From contig JAMWBK010000010.1 of the NCBI GenBank assembly GCA_029953675.1, positions 1,240,001 to 1,304,000 of the forward strand: a stretch of 64,000 bases of DNA, in the 5' to 3' direction. Of this stretch, positions 23,480-35,800 are shown piece after piece. The translations under genes were made by a program, and so were the position numbers. Origin of the DNA: Rhodosorus marinus CCMP1338 (taxonomy: Eukaryota > Plantae > Rhodophyta). The notes below the pieces were generated by a model. That model ran no database searches, was not told where the DNA came from, and saw only the letters and a list, made by a program, of their open reading frames with translations. The stretch's first letter is position 1. Every line of letters starts with the position of its first letter.

Positions 23480-25480
23480 AGGAAGTTTCAGATCACCCTC
23501 AATGCTCTCGTCGCTGGGATCTCCTTTTCTTTTTTTTCCTGGCCTCGTGCTCATCTCCTCTACTGTCCCAAGCCCTTTGCCTTCCCGCCGTATCCACACT
23601 AGGAGCAAGATGCATTTGTTCCTTTCCGGTGACTTTGCAGAGCTCGAACGACTCTACTGCTTCCCTCTCTTCTTCTCTTCATGTCCCTTTTCAGATTTCG
23701 GGTGTACTCGCCAACAACGGGCGCGTCACGTTGTGGCAGGCGGTGATATCCGCAGGGCTGACGGTGTTCTCCGGCAACGGCAATCTGTGGTCGAGTATTT
23801 CGACGCTCTTGCTTCTCCGCTACCCTCGCTCTTTCCAGAAGCGGGCTCTGGGTGGGAGCCGTCTCTTGACGCGGTGCTGGAGGCGTTCCAAGCACAGCGC
23901 CCAATGAGGGTGAGCGGCTGGTGGTCACCTCGGAGGAGGTGCATGAGCTGGTCCAGTCTGCTCCAAAGGGTCGTTCTCCTGGGCCCTCGGGTTTGCGCGT
24001 GGAAGGCCTCCGTTTTTTGAGTAACGACGGTATGAGGGCGTGAATGTCCGTGTTGGAGGGAATCTTCAATGACGATCCATTTTGTGGTCGGGGTATGGTT
24101 TTTACTTGGACGGACGCGGCTATGTTTGCTTTCCAAGCCGGGTCACACTGCTTTGACTCCTGCCATTCACCCTATTGGCGTGGTGGAAGTGGTCCGAAAA
24201 TTGGCAACTCGGTGGCTAGTCAAGGTTTTGGCCCCGAACCCGTCATTTCTTTGGCACGCGCAGTAGGGCGTGGGTTATCGTGGTGGATGTGAACTGTTGT
24301 CAGTACTTCTTCGCTCGGATCTGGCCTACTCGTATTACGGGTTATCACTCCGTAGACTTAGGAATGCCTTTAATCGTCTCTCTCGACCGGCCATCACGCA
24401 TGTGGCGCGTCAGGCCTTCCCGTAGCTTTTCCTTTTGATAGTCGTGTTTTTGATGGTGGTCCAAGGGTCGACTTATGACACCCTCGGCCTATCCTCGCAC
24501 TACTTTGAGGCGCGGACGGGGGTTCAACAGGGTGACCCCTTGGCGCCTTTCTTGCACACCTGTGGGCTCCAGGTCGTTTTACTTTGGGGGAGAGGACATT
24601 CAAGAGCAGCATATCCTCGCACGTTTCCGGGATACTTTTCGTCGCGCGGGGTTTGTCCACCTGGACATCCCCTATGGGTCCGCGCCGTGGAGGGTGAGTT
24701 ATCGAAGGTTCTGAGCAAGCACCGGCAACTGGTCTCGGAGCTCAGTCGGCTGCCTCGTGGCTTCCTCAATGCTCGTTGTGCTTTATCGATATTGTTGTAT
24801 TCAGCGGCTCACACTGTTTCCGCTCGCTCCCGACTCACTGGGGCCGGTGGCTGGCAACCCATGCCGACGCGAGAGCATTGGTGAGCTGGGATATTTCTTA
24901 GATGAGGAGCTGGTTATCTTCCGCGCCCGACCCGTGATGTGGTTCGGGCCCAAGTGGGCCTTGACCTACTTCTGGGCGGTCTAGGCCTCTGTAACCGAGG
25001 TGTTATTCAACCAGCGGCCGTGGTCGGGTCTTGGGGCACGGCGAAATAACGGCTCCGCAGCCAGCCAGGCGTGAGTTCAGGTCGGCCGGGAGACTGGTAC
25101 AGGATGAGATCGCCGATTGGAGCTCCAGGAATAAACCACGCGCACTTTCAGGGACACTAGAAAGTAGACCATCACTGGAAAGACTGAACTCTGCCCCGAT
25201 CAAGAATGCGATAACTCGAACGCTGGGTAACTGGGCCCGTACCCACAACAGCACCAGTTGCTGGGCAAGTGCGTGCAGGAATGCGGAGAACTTCGTTAGT
25301 CAGCAGACGTGGGGTCTCTGCTTGTTCTAGTTTCCTCTATACACTCGTGCCCATATGCCGTCAGCCGTCTCGTGGCTCGGTGGGTCATATCTTTCTCGGA
25401 GCGCTCTCCAATTCTCGTCCAAGGAAGGAGCTCTGTTCGAAGGGGCTCTGTTCCGAGGTACTCCGTTTGCGTTCAATTCT
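23480..25480 (+). mobile_element. Heavily degenerate CRE-clade RT body, divergent from subfamily A
   Basis: Remnants FLSGDF, GDIRRA..L, SPGPSGL (~23980), PIGVVEVVRKLA, VDLRNAFNR (~24352), TGVQQGDPLAP (~24525), LGGLGL, C..C..H zinc knuckle near 25350-25400. Many frameshifts. Confidence 0.85.
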
Positions 25481-25589
25481 ACTTCCTGATTCTTGGTATG
25501 AACTCGTATTCAAAGTTTTAGTGTTTTTCTTCTCACGAAAATGGAGAAGTAGATAAGTTTTACATGTGGATATTTCGGCAAGGCAGGGT

Positions 25590-25760
25590 ATGTAGGTGCA
25601 TCATTATTTCAGTCGGAAACTAAAGACCCCGAATGAGGTAGTCTAGGAAGGCCGTAGAGAGCGCGCCTCCAAACCTAAGGCAGCATTGCAGCGCCAGAAA
25701 GTCAGACTCAAAGAAACATTCTGCCGGGAAAGAGCATCAGGGCGGTCACGATAACCCTCC
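25590..25760 (-). mobile_element. 3' end of a further B-related CRE variant (subfamily C)
   Basis: The minus frame reads RDRPDALSRQNVSLSLTFWRCNAALGLEARSLRPS*, homologous to the B terminus RPDRL..LSFLLWRMNAALMLEAR. Confidence 0.6.
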
Positions 25761-26483
25761 CGGGTTGAGTTAACTGTTTCTGAGTTGTTGATGGATTTTG
25801 ATTCCCAATCGCGTCCTAGGGAAGCTCTCGTCGAGAAGTTTCATCCTATTTGTCAATGAAAAAATCAATGGTCTCCGTATTCTCAATCGCAACGTGGTGG
25901 AAAGGCTTTGGTAACTGCACCCATAGCTTCGGCCTGAAATCTTGTTTTTTCGCGGAGACTCCATCCTTCAACCTCCGATCAATGCTAGATTCGTGTTAGG
26001 TTTTGACCAGTTGTTTGAGAATGGCTTCAGATAGCCATGTTGAGCCCCTGCACTCTGGTGGTTTTATTTTCAGTACAGCATGGAACTGGAAGACATCACG
26101 GTTACAAAATATCTGTTAGCCATTATTTATCAGTGACCACAGTAACAACATATTGTTATTGATCGGTCCTCGATGTGGAGTTCCAGCAGCGAACTGCCGT
26201 CGCATCGCCTTTGTTATTTTTGTTGAACTCCGTTGAAGTAAACAATGAAAAAAAAAAATAGCTTTATGCTAGCACCCGTCGCGTCTCAGAGCGGTGAACG
26301 CTGTCCGGCTGGAGGTGTCTCCCTGAAAGTCTGCGTTAGTTTGATCTACCCCGATGCGTGCAGAAAACAGCAACCTCTTCTAGTGATACGGCCGCGCCGG
26401 CCGTAGACACAGAAAAAAACGGGCAAGGACAGGGTGTCGACCATCAAAGTTCCAAGGTTGATACAACACGGCAGGAGGACTTG

Positions 26484-26831
26484 TGGTTTACTGGCTTTAT
26501 TAGCATAGCCTACAGCGCTACGCAAACCGTGAAAAGGAACTAAGAACTAGGTAGGGAAGCGTGCAAACCCAGGCGCCGATGGCGCGCCTCGGCAGGCATG
26601 CTGCTCGAATATCGCCACAGAGAGACACTTAAGCGCCGCAAAAGTTCCAAGTATTCAACAGGATGCTCAGTGAAACATTTCCGCAACCACGCCAAACCCG
26701 ACTTCTCCACGTGACCAAAGCTTTCCACAATGAAAGGCTGGAACCGGTGGGAGCACCCTCAGCGCGAGGCAGGCTGGCCATACTCTCAGCATACCGTCGT
26801 TCCTTCACTAACATAGCCGCATGCGCTACCC
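26484..26831 (-). mobile_element. 5'-truncated CRE subfamily A copy, preceded by a second 3' hairpin/tail
   Basis: Encodes KERRYAESMASLP..ESFGHVEKSGLAWLRKCFTEH..EARHRRLGLHASLPSS*. Hairpins at 26503-26523 and 26811-26831. Confidence 0.85.
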
Positions 26832-27223
26832 AGGGCGGAAAGTGAACTGTGTATTAGGGACAAAAGCATGCAAAGGACCAGTATCTCGGATAAGCAGATT
26901 CGTTTCTACTAGCTTAAGACAGGGCTTGAAAACTATGCTTGGCAGTAACCGTGAACGCTTTGCTGTATTGGAGCCCGTAAAGAGTGGAAAGGGGATCTAT
27001 CAATAGATTAGGAAACCTCTGGTAGGTCCTGAGAAACCCCGTAACCTCATTCGGCAGCTACATACCGCAACGGACCAATAACACTCTGAGTGCACTCTAA
27101 CCAAACCAAAACCTCCCGTTCAGGGGTCTGATTCTACTTTAGAAACTAGCCAACGGAATTTCGGGCGATCCGCTCGAGATGGATACGTTCAGTTGCCTGC
27201 CATTGAATCCGGTTGAACCCTGA

Positions 27224-27613
27224 CTAAGATCCCACAGACTTGCGCCAGCCCTTCCCATCAAGAGTGAAGAATATGGCGCCCGTATCTGTTAATACTTTGT
27301 TGCCCTTCAGAATCTCCATGTCCGCAGCTGTAGCATGAACCTCGAACCTAACCAAATCACATAGCTCCAGCAGTTTCCCCAAGGAGTCCAGGACGTTTTG
27401 CAAATGGTCCGACACAGCTTGGCTGTTTGCATACGATTCAATACACGCGAAATGTATTCCGTCGTCTGCAAATGAAAAGGCGTAGTGGACGCTCCCAGGC
27501 TCGTCCTTGGAAAGCTCGTAAAACTGGGGCAAAAACCTCATGACCTCTTCCTTCTTCCCCTCGTGGATTTTGAAATAGGGACGCAAAGACACCACCGTAT
27601 CACCGCTCGACAT
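27224..27613 (-). CDS. Dimeric alpha+beta barrel (ABM/LsrG-like) protein, 129 aa, intronless
   Basis: Clean ATG-stop ORF. The pattern PYFKIHEGK..EPG..YAFSF..ESY..A...HL resembles the ABM-like fold; the assignment is from motif recall. Confidence 0.7.
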   Translation of the reverse strand: MSSGDTVVSLRPYFKIHEGKKEEVMRFLPQFYELSKDEPGSVHYAFSFADDGIHFACIESYANSQAVSDHLQNVLDSLGKLLELCDLVRFEVHATAADMEILKGNKVLTDTGAIFFTLDGKGWRKSVGS

Positions 27614-28543
27614 TATGCTGAATTTCAGCGGCCTAGAAGAAAACAGTGTCTTCCAATTAGTCTCTCAGCCCAGTCCACTCCTCCCAACAAAAAAAAAAAC
27701 AGACGAATCCTACGCAGACGGATCCTATGCGTAATGGCAAAGTAAAAACCTGATGACGACCTTGCCGCTTTTATACCTAGCGAACTTTGCCCGCGCTCTT
27801 CACCTCCTACGAACGCAGTCAAAGATTAAGTAGATCAGTTCAACGCCCAGGTAAAAAGAAAATTTTTATGCATCTCACACCTCGCAGATACATCTCATCG
27901 ATGGTCATGGGGATATATCGGGTGCCATGTACACACATTCTTTTTCCCGGCAGAGGAGGGTAGTAGGGCGACCGGCAAATACTTGTTGCTCTCACATCAA
28001 ATCAAAATGGATGCTCTCTAACAAAGAGAAGGCTGCTGATCACCACAAGCCATATCGCTACAGCAGACCAGTGACCCCTTCAAAACTCCCCGAAAATCGA
28101 TGATTTTCAAGTTGGCAATAGAGTGCCCATTTTAGGGTTTGGGATGGGATCGGAATTGTTTTCTCGACAGCTCAGAATTTTCTTCGCGATTGGGACGATA
28201 GCCGGCTATATCACTAGGAACCATGCTAGCAACCCAACAGTTAAACCCAAGAGCAATTAACAGTGCGGGAACATCAACCAAAAGCTGTCTTCCCGTCCTG
28301 CACGCGTAAACCTGCTCGATTCTAAAATGAGGTCATTGGGGCATGCGCTATTTGTCGCTTGCTTATTGGGGCATGCCTTATCGCCCTATGCGCTCGTACC
28401 ACCCTAGTATTGTACTAATGAATAGTCTTCTTAGTGTCAGTCACCGTCGCGCAGGCGATGGCTCGGGGATGGCGAAAGATTCAAAAAGAGCAGACAGCTA
28501 GCTAAGGAGCTTTTATATTGACTTTGAAAAGATTTTATGCCAT

Positions 28544-30037
28544 GTGAAGAACTTAATGAGTGCTAAGAAGGCGTTCGAAGGAGTCTTGAAGCTTCTACCT
28601 GAACCGTCTTCTGGTCGAAGTAATGTTCTGTTGGGGCTGTCGGGTGGCGTAGATTCTGCGGTGGCTGGGAAGCTTCTTGTGGAGAAGGGTTACCAGGTGA
28701 ATGCCGCGTTTCTGAAAGTATGGAATGAAGACAAGGATGGTGCACCTTGTGACGAGGAAGAGGAACGACGAGCCAGACAAGTCGCGATAGAGCTCAAACT
28801 GCACGACTTCTCAGTCTACAATCGTGTCACGGAGTATTGGAACTCGGTCTTTACTCCTTTCCTGGATGACTATAGAACGGGTAAAACACCTAATGCAGAT
28901 CTTGCCTGCAACCGTGACATTAAGTTTACTCTGCTATCGGACGAATCTGTAAAGAAGAAGAACGATCTATTTGCAACTGGCCACTACGCGAGAATCCTCA
29001 CAAGACGGGATGGCATTGTAAGCGAAAAATTATTCTGAAAATGCGTCAACACACGTTTCTAGTGGCTCTAATATTTCTCATACGCTCAATAGCATCTGGC
29101 GAGAGGGTCAGACCCGGTCAAGGACCAGTCCTACTTTCTGAGCTCAGTGAGAAAGTCAGCTCTGGAGAAGGTACTGTTTCCCCTCGGAACCCTGCACAAG
29201 GAACAGACAAGAAAAATCTCCAAATGGTTGGGCCTTCCAAATTGGAAGTCGTCTCGAGGGATGTGCTTCGTCGGAAAACGTCCGATGCTTTCGTTCCTAT
29301 CGCAGTGAGCATAATCTCTTCTCAAACTGAATTGACGCTTGCTTTGCATCCCGACGACTGAACTTTTACCCAATCGGACTCTTTTTCCAGGTACCTTGTA
29401 CCTGCCCCGGGTTCGGTTTTGTATTATGATGATGGCCGCGTCCTCTCGACTCATCAGGGTGAGTTTCACTTCCACACCGTCGGTCAGCGCATTGGACTTG
29501 CTGGTCCTGGAGTCAATGAGCGAACATTTATCGTTGAGAAAAGGCTCTATGTGGAGCCGGGCACAAAGCAAACTGTGTGTGACGTTGTTGTCTGCCAGGG
29601 CGGGAACCATCCTGCTCTGTTTTGCAAGCAAATGGTTTGTGACAGAATTTTCGAATCAACCCCGCAATCACTCCTTGAGAGTTCGATGACGCTTACCGTG
29701 CAGACAGGCCACGGTGCAGAACCGCAGACGTAAGATTCTCTCAAAAGTGACGGGAGGTAGTCCTTCCTCTTCAAAGCAACTCGATTTTCTCAGAGCGTGA
29801 AAACGTTCTTCATCTGTGACAACTTTCCTGTGTCTTAGAGCGAGGGTGGAATTGTTCCATGAGGATGGAGAAGCTCGGCTTAAGCTGCGCTTCCAAAAAC
29901 CGATAAGAAGGTCTGCGCCAGGCCAAGCAATAGTCTTATATGGAGCAGACTTATGTGTAGGAGGTGGTTACCTGCTCTCAGACGACTATGAGCGGAAGAC
30001 TGAAAGCGTTGGCTTGTTGCAACAAGGGGAAAGCTGA
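28544..30037 (+). CDS. mnmA: tRNA-specific 2-thiouridylase MnmA/TRMU, 4 exons visible (5' end uncertain; in-frame ATG at 28556)
   Basis: SGGVDS PP-loop, TPNADLACN, ATGHYAR, KDQSYFL, GMCFVG, HTVGQR, APGQAIVLY..CVGGG. Introns at ~29020-29090, ~29305-29390 and ~29730-29835. Confidence 0.93.
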
Positions 30038-30401
30038 GGTTGTGCTTGGCATTCTACAGGAATACCAGCTCGGTATTCCTGTGCTTTCGGTGTAGATAGT
30101 TCGGCGCATAGCGGCTTTCAGAGTGCTGCAACTTGTATTTGTAGAACTTGACTTTAAGAAACGCTGAATTTGTTCTCCTTTTTACTGGATCGGCGACATA
30201 CTTCAAAGGGTGCTGGAGTAGGAAACGCTTTTTGTTTCTTCTCCTCCGTCCGAGAGGTTGAGAGCAGGAGGGGAGGTCTCTAAAGAATATCACCAGAGTG
30301 GTTAAGTCTGCGCAAAGCCTCGTTCTGTACTGCCTAGCTGCTCCTCCGACCTCCTGATGTTCAACTTTTCGCAAGGTATACAAACGTCCATTACATTTTG
30401 T

Positions 30402-31169
30402 TCATTCAGAAGTACTTGAGCTACCCGACGCAATCATTTCACGCAACCTACCCTCCGCTTTATCGTTAACAGCTAAGATCTGTTAACGATGGGGATACAG
30501 AACGCTTTGTTAGCTTGTCTATTTCCAAACGCATTGATGTCCACTGAAGGGCATGAATAATAAGTTCGCACCTGCCTAACTGAAAAGTAGTTCACGGGAA
30601 ACTCCGCCACGGGAACCATCCCCTCTGTATTTGTCAGGTCCTGCTTAATCTCCTACAATAAATGTGATGGATCCAGAAGTTATGGCAGTGCCTTCTTGTT
30701 CTGAAAAAGATCCGGTAAGGGAAACTTACGCCGAAGAAGTCAAACACGTATTTTACCATTGTTGGTTCGTCCACCATTTGGCCAGTACCTTCACATATCT
30801 TATTGATGATCTCTTTCCCTACGATAACCGTGTGTCTGAGAGGGGGCCAAGGATAAGCGCATGCATACATCAAGAGATTCAAGGTGACATCGTCCGAATA
30901 CAGACGTACTGTGTTTTCTTCGAACCCTTCGTCACTTCGCAAGTCACCCTCGCCCCTCCGTTCGTTGGCGTTACACCCAAAATATCAGTGCTTAATAGAG
31001 GACCCTCTGTGAAATTTCGAATCGCAGAAACATGAAAACATTAGCTCCGAATCCCATGATTCCTTCAGAAAATATCGTCGATCTAACCTGTGCACATCCT
31101 CAGCCGGGCGCTTCTTCCTCGACCTCTTGGGCCAGCGCCTAATCCAACAAACGCAAATCGCGAATCCAT
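30402..31169 (-). CDS. Small hypothetical protein with plastid transit peptide (~150 aa, 5 exons), missed by the ORF track
   Basis: Four GT..AG introns splice in frame to MDSRFAFVGLGAGPRGRGRSARLRMCT-EGPLLSTDILGVTPTNGGARVTCEVTKGSKKTQ-HTVIVGKEII..VKYVFDFFG-EIKQDLT..EFPVNYFSVRQ-ILAVNDKAEGRLREMIASGSSSTSE*. Confidence 0.6.
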
Positions 31170-32874
31170 TTTGATCAAAATACTCTGCTCTTTGTTTCCC
31201 CTCACGTTCCCTCAAGTACTTTCTTTCAGGCCTACGAGAAGTCCCCACACAGAAGCAATGGGTCACCGCTCCGTGGAGATTCTCAAAAAATATCTCATCG
31301 GCCGCGGATGGCATCATGGACGCTATCAAGGCGGGGCATGGATCTCAACATTGGAGTTTGTCATTCCATGGGTGTTTCTTCATAGAGATTACCAGCGATT
31401 TAATCCTCGACATTTTCTAAATCTGTGCAGTAGCGTGCAGCTTTTCGCGCTGAACCGTCGAGGCATGAAGAGATCCATCGTCGAATGGAAGTAGCAGGAA
31501 ACCGACTGTCATAGCTGTGTGACCGGCGCGAACGGGGCTTTCAGAAATTCAGACAGATTTCTGTGCCACAGGGAGATTGTGCGGGAGTGCATTTTCATCG
31601 CTACATCCAGGACCAGCAATCTAGAACAGCAGGACTGTCCCCTCTACGACGCCACTCTGCCAATCCACACCACTGACTCCAAAACAGTCAAAACCCTCGA
31701 ATTTCGGCTCCAAGCCAGAAAAAACCCTAGCAAAAAGGTTAGGACGCCATTCCCCCCCCCCCCCTTCGGCAATCACCCAAACATCTCCTCCGAATCTTTC
31801 ATTAATATTTATGGAACAAAATCCGCCTTTACGAGTTTCACAGCTACAGGGTAAAATTTCAACCAAATCAGACAGTGAGAGTTTTAGTGGAGACTACCAG
31901 ACAGCAAGTCCTCCTCCGTCAATCATCCTAGACCATACATGGATTGAATAAATACTGTAATTTTGAAGATATTTTAATATATTGATTGATTTTTCCCGAG
32001 AGTACTTGTTTTGAAGGGTGAACCCGCAAGGGCTGAGCGAAGGCCGCGCAAAATGGCAAAAAAGACTGGACAACCATTAGTTGTACAGACTATCCCCTAG
32101 TCATGCAAAATTTCCGTTTAATGTACAGCTGAAGAACATTCTTTTTTCCCAATGAATTTTAGAGTCGCATGGAGTAGAGGGGGGGGGGGCTGGAAAATGG
32201 GAACCATTTTCCATCTCCCGGGGGCGAAATTTACGCCTTGGAGGACTAGGTAGAAGAGAGACATATATATGGAATAATGGAAATAAATTGGACTGAATAC
32301 GTTTTACTTCAGAATCTTGAAAGGGTGGACTTTCATGCTAGCTTGTGTTTTGAAGGTAGTTGAAGGGGGAGCGATGCTGTGTCAAAATTTATCTGGATTG
32401 TTTTTCTTACAATGCAAATTTTTTGATATATCGTGGTTTTTTCTTCTTTATTTTTAAGTTTGGAGGAGGTGGGTGCTGTGGAAAAAGGAGAGGGTATTCG
32501 GGACAGGTTTTCTCTTTTCCCCTTTAATGTCTGGGTAAGATGGGTGAGCGGGTGCGTCGGGAGATTGGGAGGGTGGGGAGGGGACTTGGGAAGTGTATCA
32601 GGTGATTGATGAGCAGGATGTTCTGGACATACATTGGGTCCTAATACTTGGAGAAGAACTATAATCTTTTTGGGTTGTGGTTGTTTTTTTTTGTTTTGGA
32701 CTTTGATTGTTTTAGATTTCTCGTAGAGCGCTTGGCAAGTTTTTGCGCATGTTTCTGGAATTGTCTCGCTCACACACAGCTAGAATCTCCTTGGGGAGTG
32801 GGACGGGGACCGTGGTCCTGAAAGATCCGTTTTAGTTTCGTGTTGGGCTTGGCCTCCTTGGAACAGACGAGAAA

Positions 32875-35800
32875 ATGACTGCCGATGTAATGGATTTGGG
32901 ACCTGATTGGGAACCAGGTGATCACCGGTAGGTTTTTGCATATCTGTTTCTTTTTTTGGGATGGGTTTAGTTGTTCTGAAGCATTGGAGTCGCTCGTGTG
33001 GTTGCGTTTTCTCGTCGGATTAGCTTCATAGCTCTGCTACCGGACTCTTATAGAGAGCTGATTCGCGACGAAGCACGAGAGCAACTGGTGGCCCTCAGAG
33101 CTCTTGCGAACCGTGTAGGAGAAAGCGAAGCTGAGAATCCTGCCTGCAATGACAGCTACACACGGCAGCCAGAGGTGGATCTCGCTGCGTTCGAGAAGGG
33201 CCTGAGCAGATACTTGGATGTCAAGTACAGGCTTGGTCGGAGCGATATAGAACTCTTCGTCAAGACCTGCTTTCGCGGTATACTCGCGGATGACCTCGAC
33301 TTGGTGTTGAGAGCAAAACTGTCTAGGACTGTTGTAAGTGTCAATGCATTCACCATTTTCCCCTCCGAATTTTGACTGTTTTGGCTAAAAAAATTCCCCA
33401 TGGGTATGCCTCGACCAGTCTCGAATGCTTGGCAAAAGAGACTGTTGTTTACCTGACGGATTGCCATGGCGGAAAGTCCGAGATTTGATAGTCCGAGTTC
33501 ACATCGACTGTGCTGACGGGGGGGCATACATTGGCAAGGACATACGCGATGCGCATTGCAGGAACCTCGTTCCCCTTCTCCGGAAATGCAGAAACTTTCT
33601 GCAACCGGATGATAGTACCGAACGAATTTGGAATGAATTGGGTTCGTTATGCTCCAGAGTTTGTACTTGTGTAGTTCGAGAAAGTCCTACCCACTTCACC
33701 GGAGTACTCGAAGTAGTCTCCGAGAATGGAGATTGCTCGGCTAACCCTTTCTGCGGCAATTTTTACTGGCTCTTCGAAAAAATGGCAGGGGTTGATATCG
33801 ATCCCACACGATCGATGAACTGCTTTGAGCCACTGCTTCTCATGTGTCAGGTTCTTCCAACGCGAGGAGATTCTTGGACTGGATGGCTGCCCCAGGCAGC
33901 GAGAACTTGGCAGATGTTGGAAACCTCCAGTGACTGGGACAGTGTCTGGTATGGAAAAACAACTATTGGAGTTGGTCCTTTTGGACAATGTTTTCGTTCT
34001 AGGTTGATCAATTTTTTCCGCGCTAACTGTGTAAGCGCCTGTTGTTCCTTTGCTACGAAGGCTCGGGATGTTCGCAAGATTGGCCAAGAACCAACCGCTT
34101 GCTGTAGATTGGACTCCGTACCTTAGTATCGTTTACGAAAGGATTCCAGGTTCCTTCAGGCTTCCGCTGGGTTCTGCTGCTCCGCAGGTAAGTCTTCCGG
34201 GAGGGTCAAGGGATGTGTTGTTGTGTGGCTTTCTCACCAAGCATTTCAATGGCCCTAATTTCACAGTCTCCTGTCGAGCGCCGATGTCCTGCTCACTGCG
34301 TCTTTCTTCTGACGGAAAAGTTGAACGTTTCCGCGGCGGCATTTTGTGTCCATACTCTGACGCCTAGGAATCCAGAAAGCTTCAATTACTTTGAGAGGCT
34401 GATTGCTTTGGTGACAAACTTTTTCCACCCCAGCAACGGAGGGCGTTGGAGCTCGTATCTTGCTTGCTTTCTTGGCCAGTTTACTTCCAACCTCACTGCG
34501 AGAGTAGCCCGAGAAAGGTACGAAAATGGCCAACTCGTTTACCTTATATCAGTAGGGGGATGAGGAGCTAACGCTTTGTCTACTCGACAACCTGTAGATC
34601 TGCAACCAAGGCTGGAGTCAACGAGCGCGTTGTGGGATCCCATTCAGTCAAGCCTGTGGCACCTCTGGAGGATCGTCTAACGGATGAACTCCTGTCTGAA
34701 ATAGTGGACCTCTTGCTTCCACTGGTTCAACTGGGACTTCATGCGAAGCAAGGGTATATGAGTCTCCAGTCGGCGTCTGCGGCGCGTGACCTTGCCGTAG
34801 TTGCCCCGCAACTTGTTATTGAAAAGCTTTTGGACGCCGCAGCCTCAGGCTTAGGTACGTGAACAGCCGATCAGTTCGCTAGGAAGCACATTTGTACAGT
34901 AGCAACGCGGAGAACTCTCGATTGAGTCTGAATTAAGAGTAATGACTGTTCTGGGGCGGGGGGTACAGGTTCCATCTCGTCTCCTCACCGGACTTCCGCG
35001 GCCCTGAAAATGCTCGCGACGCTCACGCCAGTCTTCCTGGATTCCGATTTGTGGCCCACTGGAGTTGATTTTCTGCCACAGGCTCTGGAGTTGACGCTGC
35101 CAGGAATAGACCCCAACGATCCCAGCAAAACTGAGGTTCGCATCGGCTAAACCAATTCGGACCTTCCTGGGCGCCGTTCGTTTACTTAGTACTTTCATCC
35201 ATGAATGTCATTAGGCCACTTTTCGTTTCATCGCTGGAGCTTCTGCTAGGTTGCAGTCTTTGCTGGCGAACGGAAAGGGAAAAGAGCTCTCCCTTTTTCT
35301 CGAGGACTACTCACATCAACTGCTGATTTGCGTTTTCGCACTTCTGGAGGCGTTGGAGGCACCTCCAAAGAAAACAAAGTCGGGTTCTTCTGCGCCGGCC
35401 CCAGTCTTGAGGTGAGAAGCCTGCTTAATCAGAAGGAATGACCTTTGGATCACACTTCGTTCGTGTGCACTTGGGTTGCTGACTTGTTTACGGCTCAATC
35501 CGGTATCACTTGGCTTGGTATTTCAGCCCGTACATATTTTCGGTCGCCATGGAGAACTTTTTCGAGGCGATTCCACCTGCAGTAGCAATATCTGCTGCTC
35601 ATACGATTGCAAGACAAATATCAGGAGCCGCATCGAAGAATGCAATGAAGTTCTACGGCATTCTTGTGCGAATATCTGCCGCGGCCGCTGCGGCTGCGTC
35701 AGGATCGTCCTCCGCCGGAATTTTCCTTCCGCTTCTACTCAATCAGGTGTGCATTTGTTTCGGGTTTCTAGGCTTCGTGGTCAATTGCTGAAGATTTTTG

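Noticed and set aside
32333-32773. 146-aa minus ORF
   Set aside because: Low-complexity K/P/T-rich product of a strand-skewed intergenic tract upstream of PSME4.
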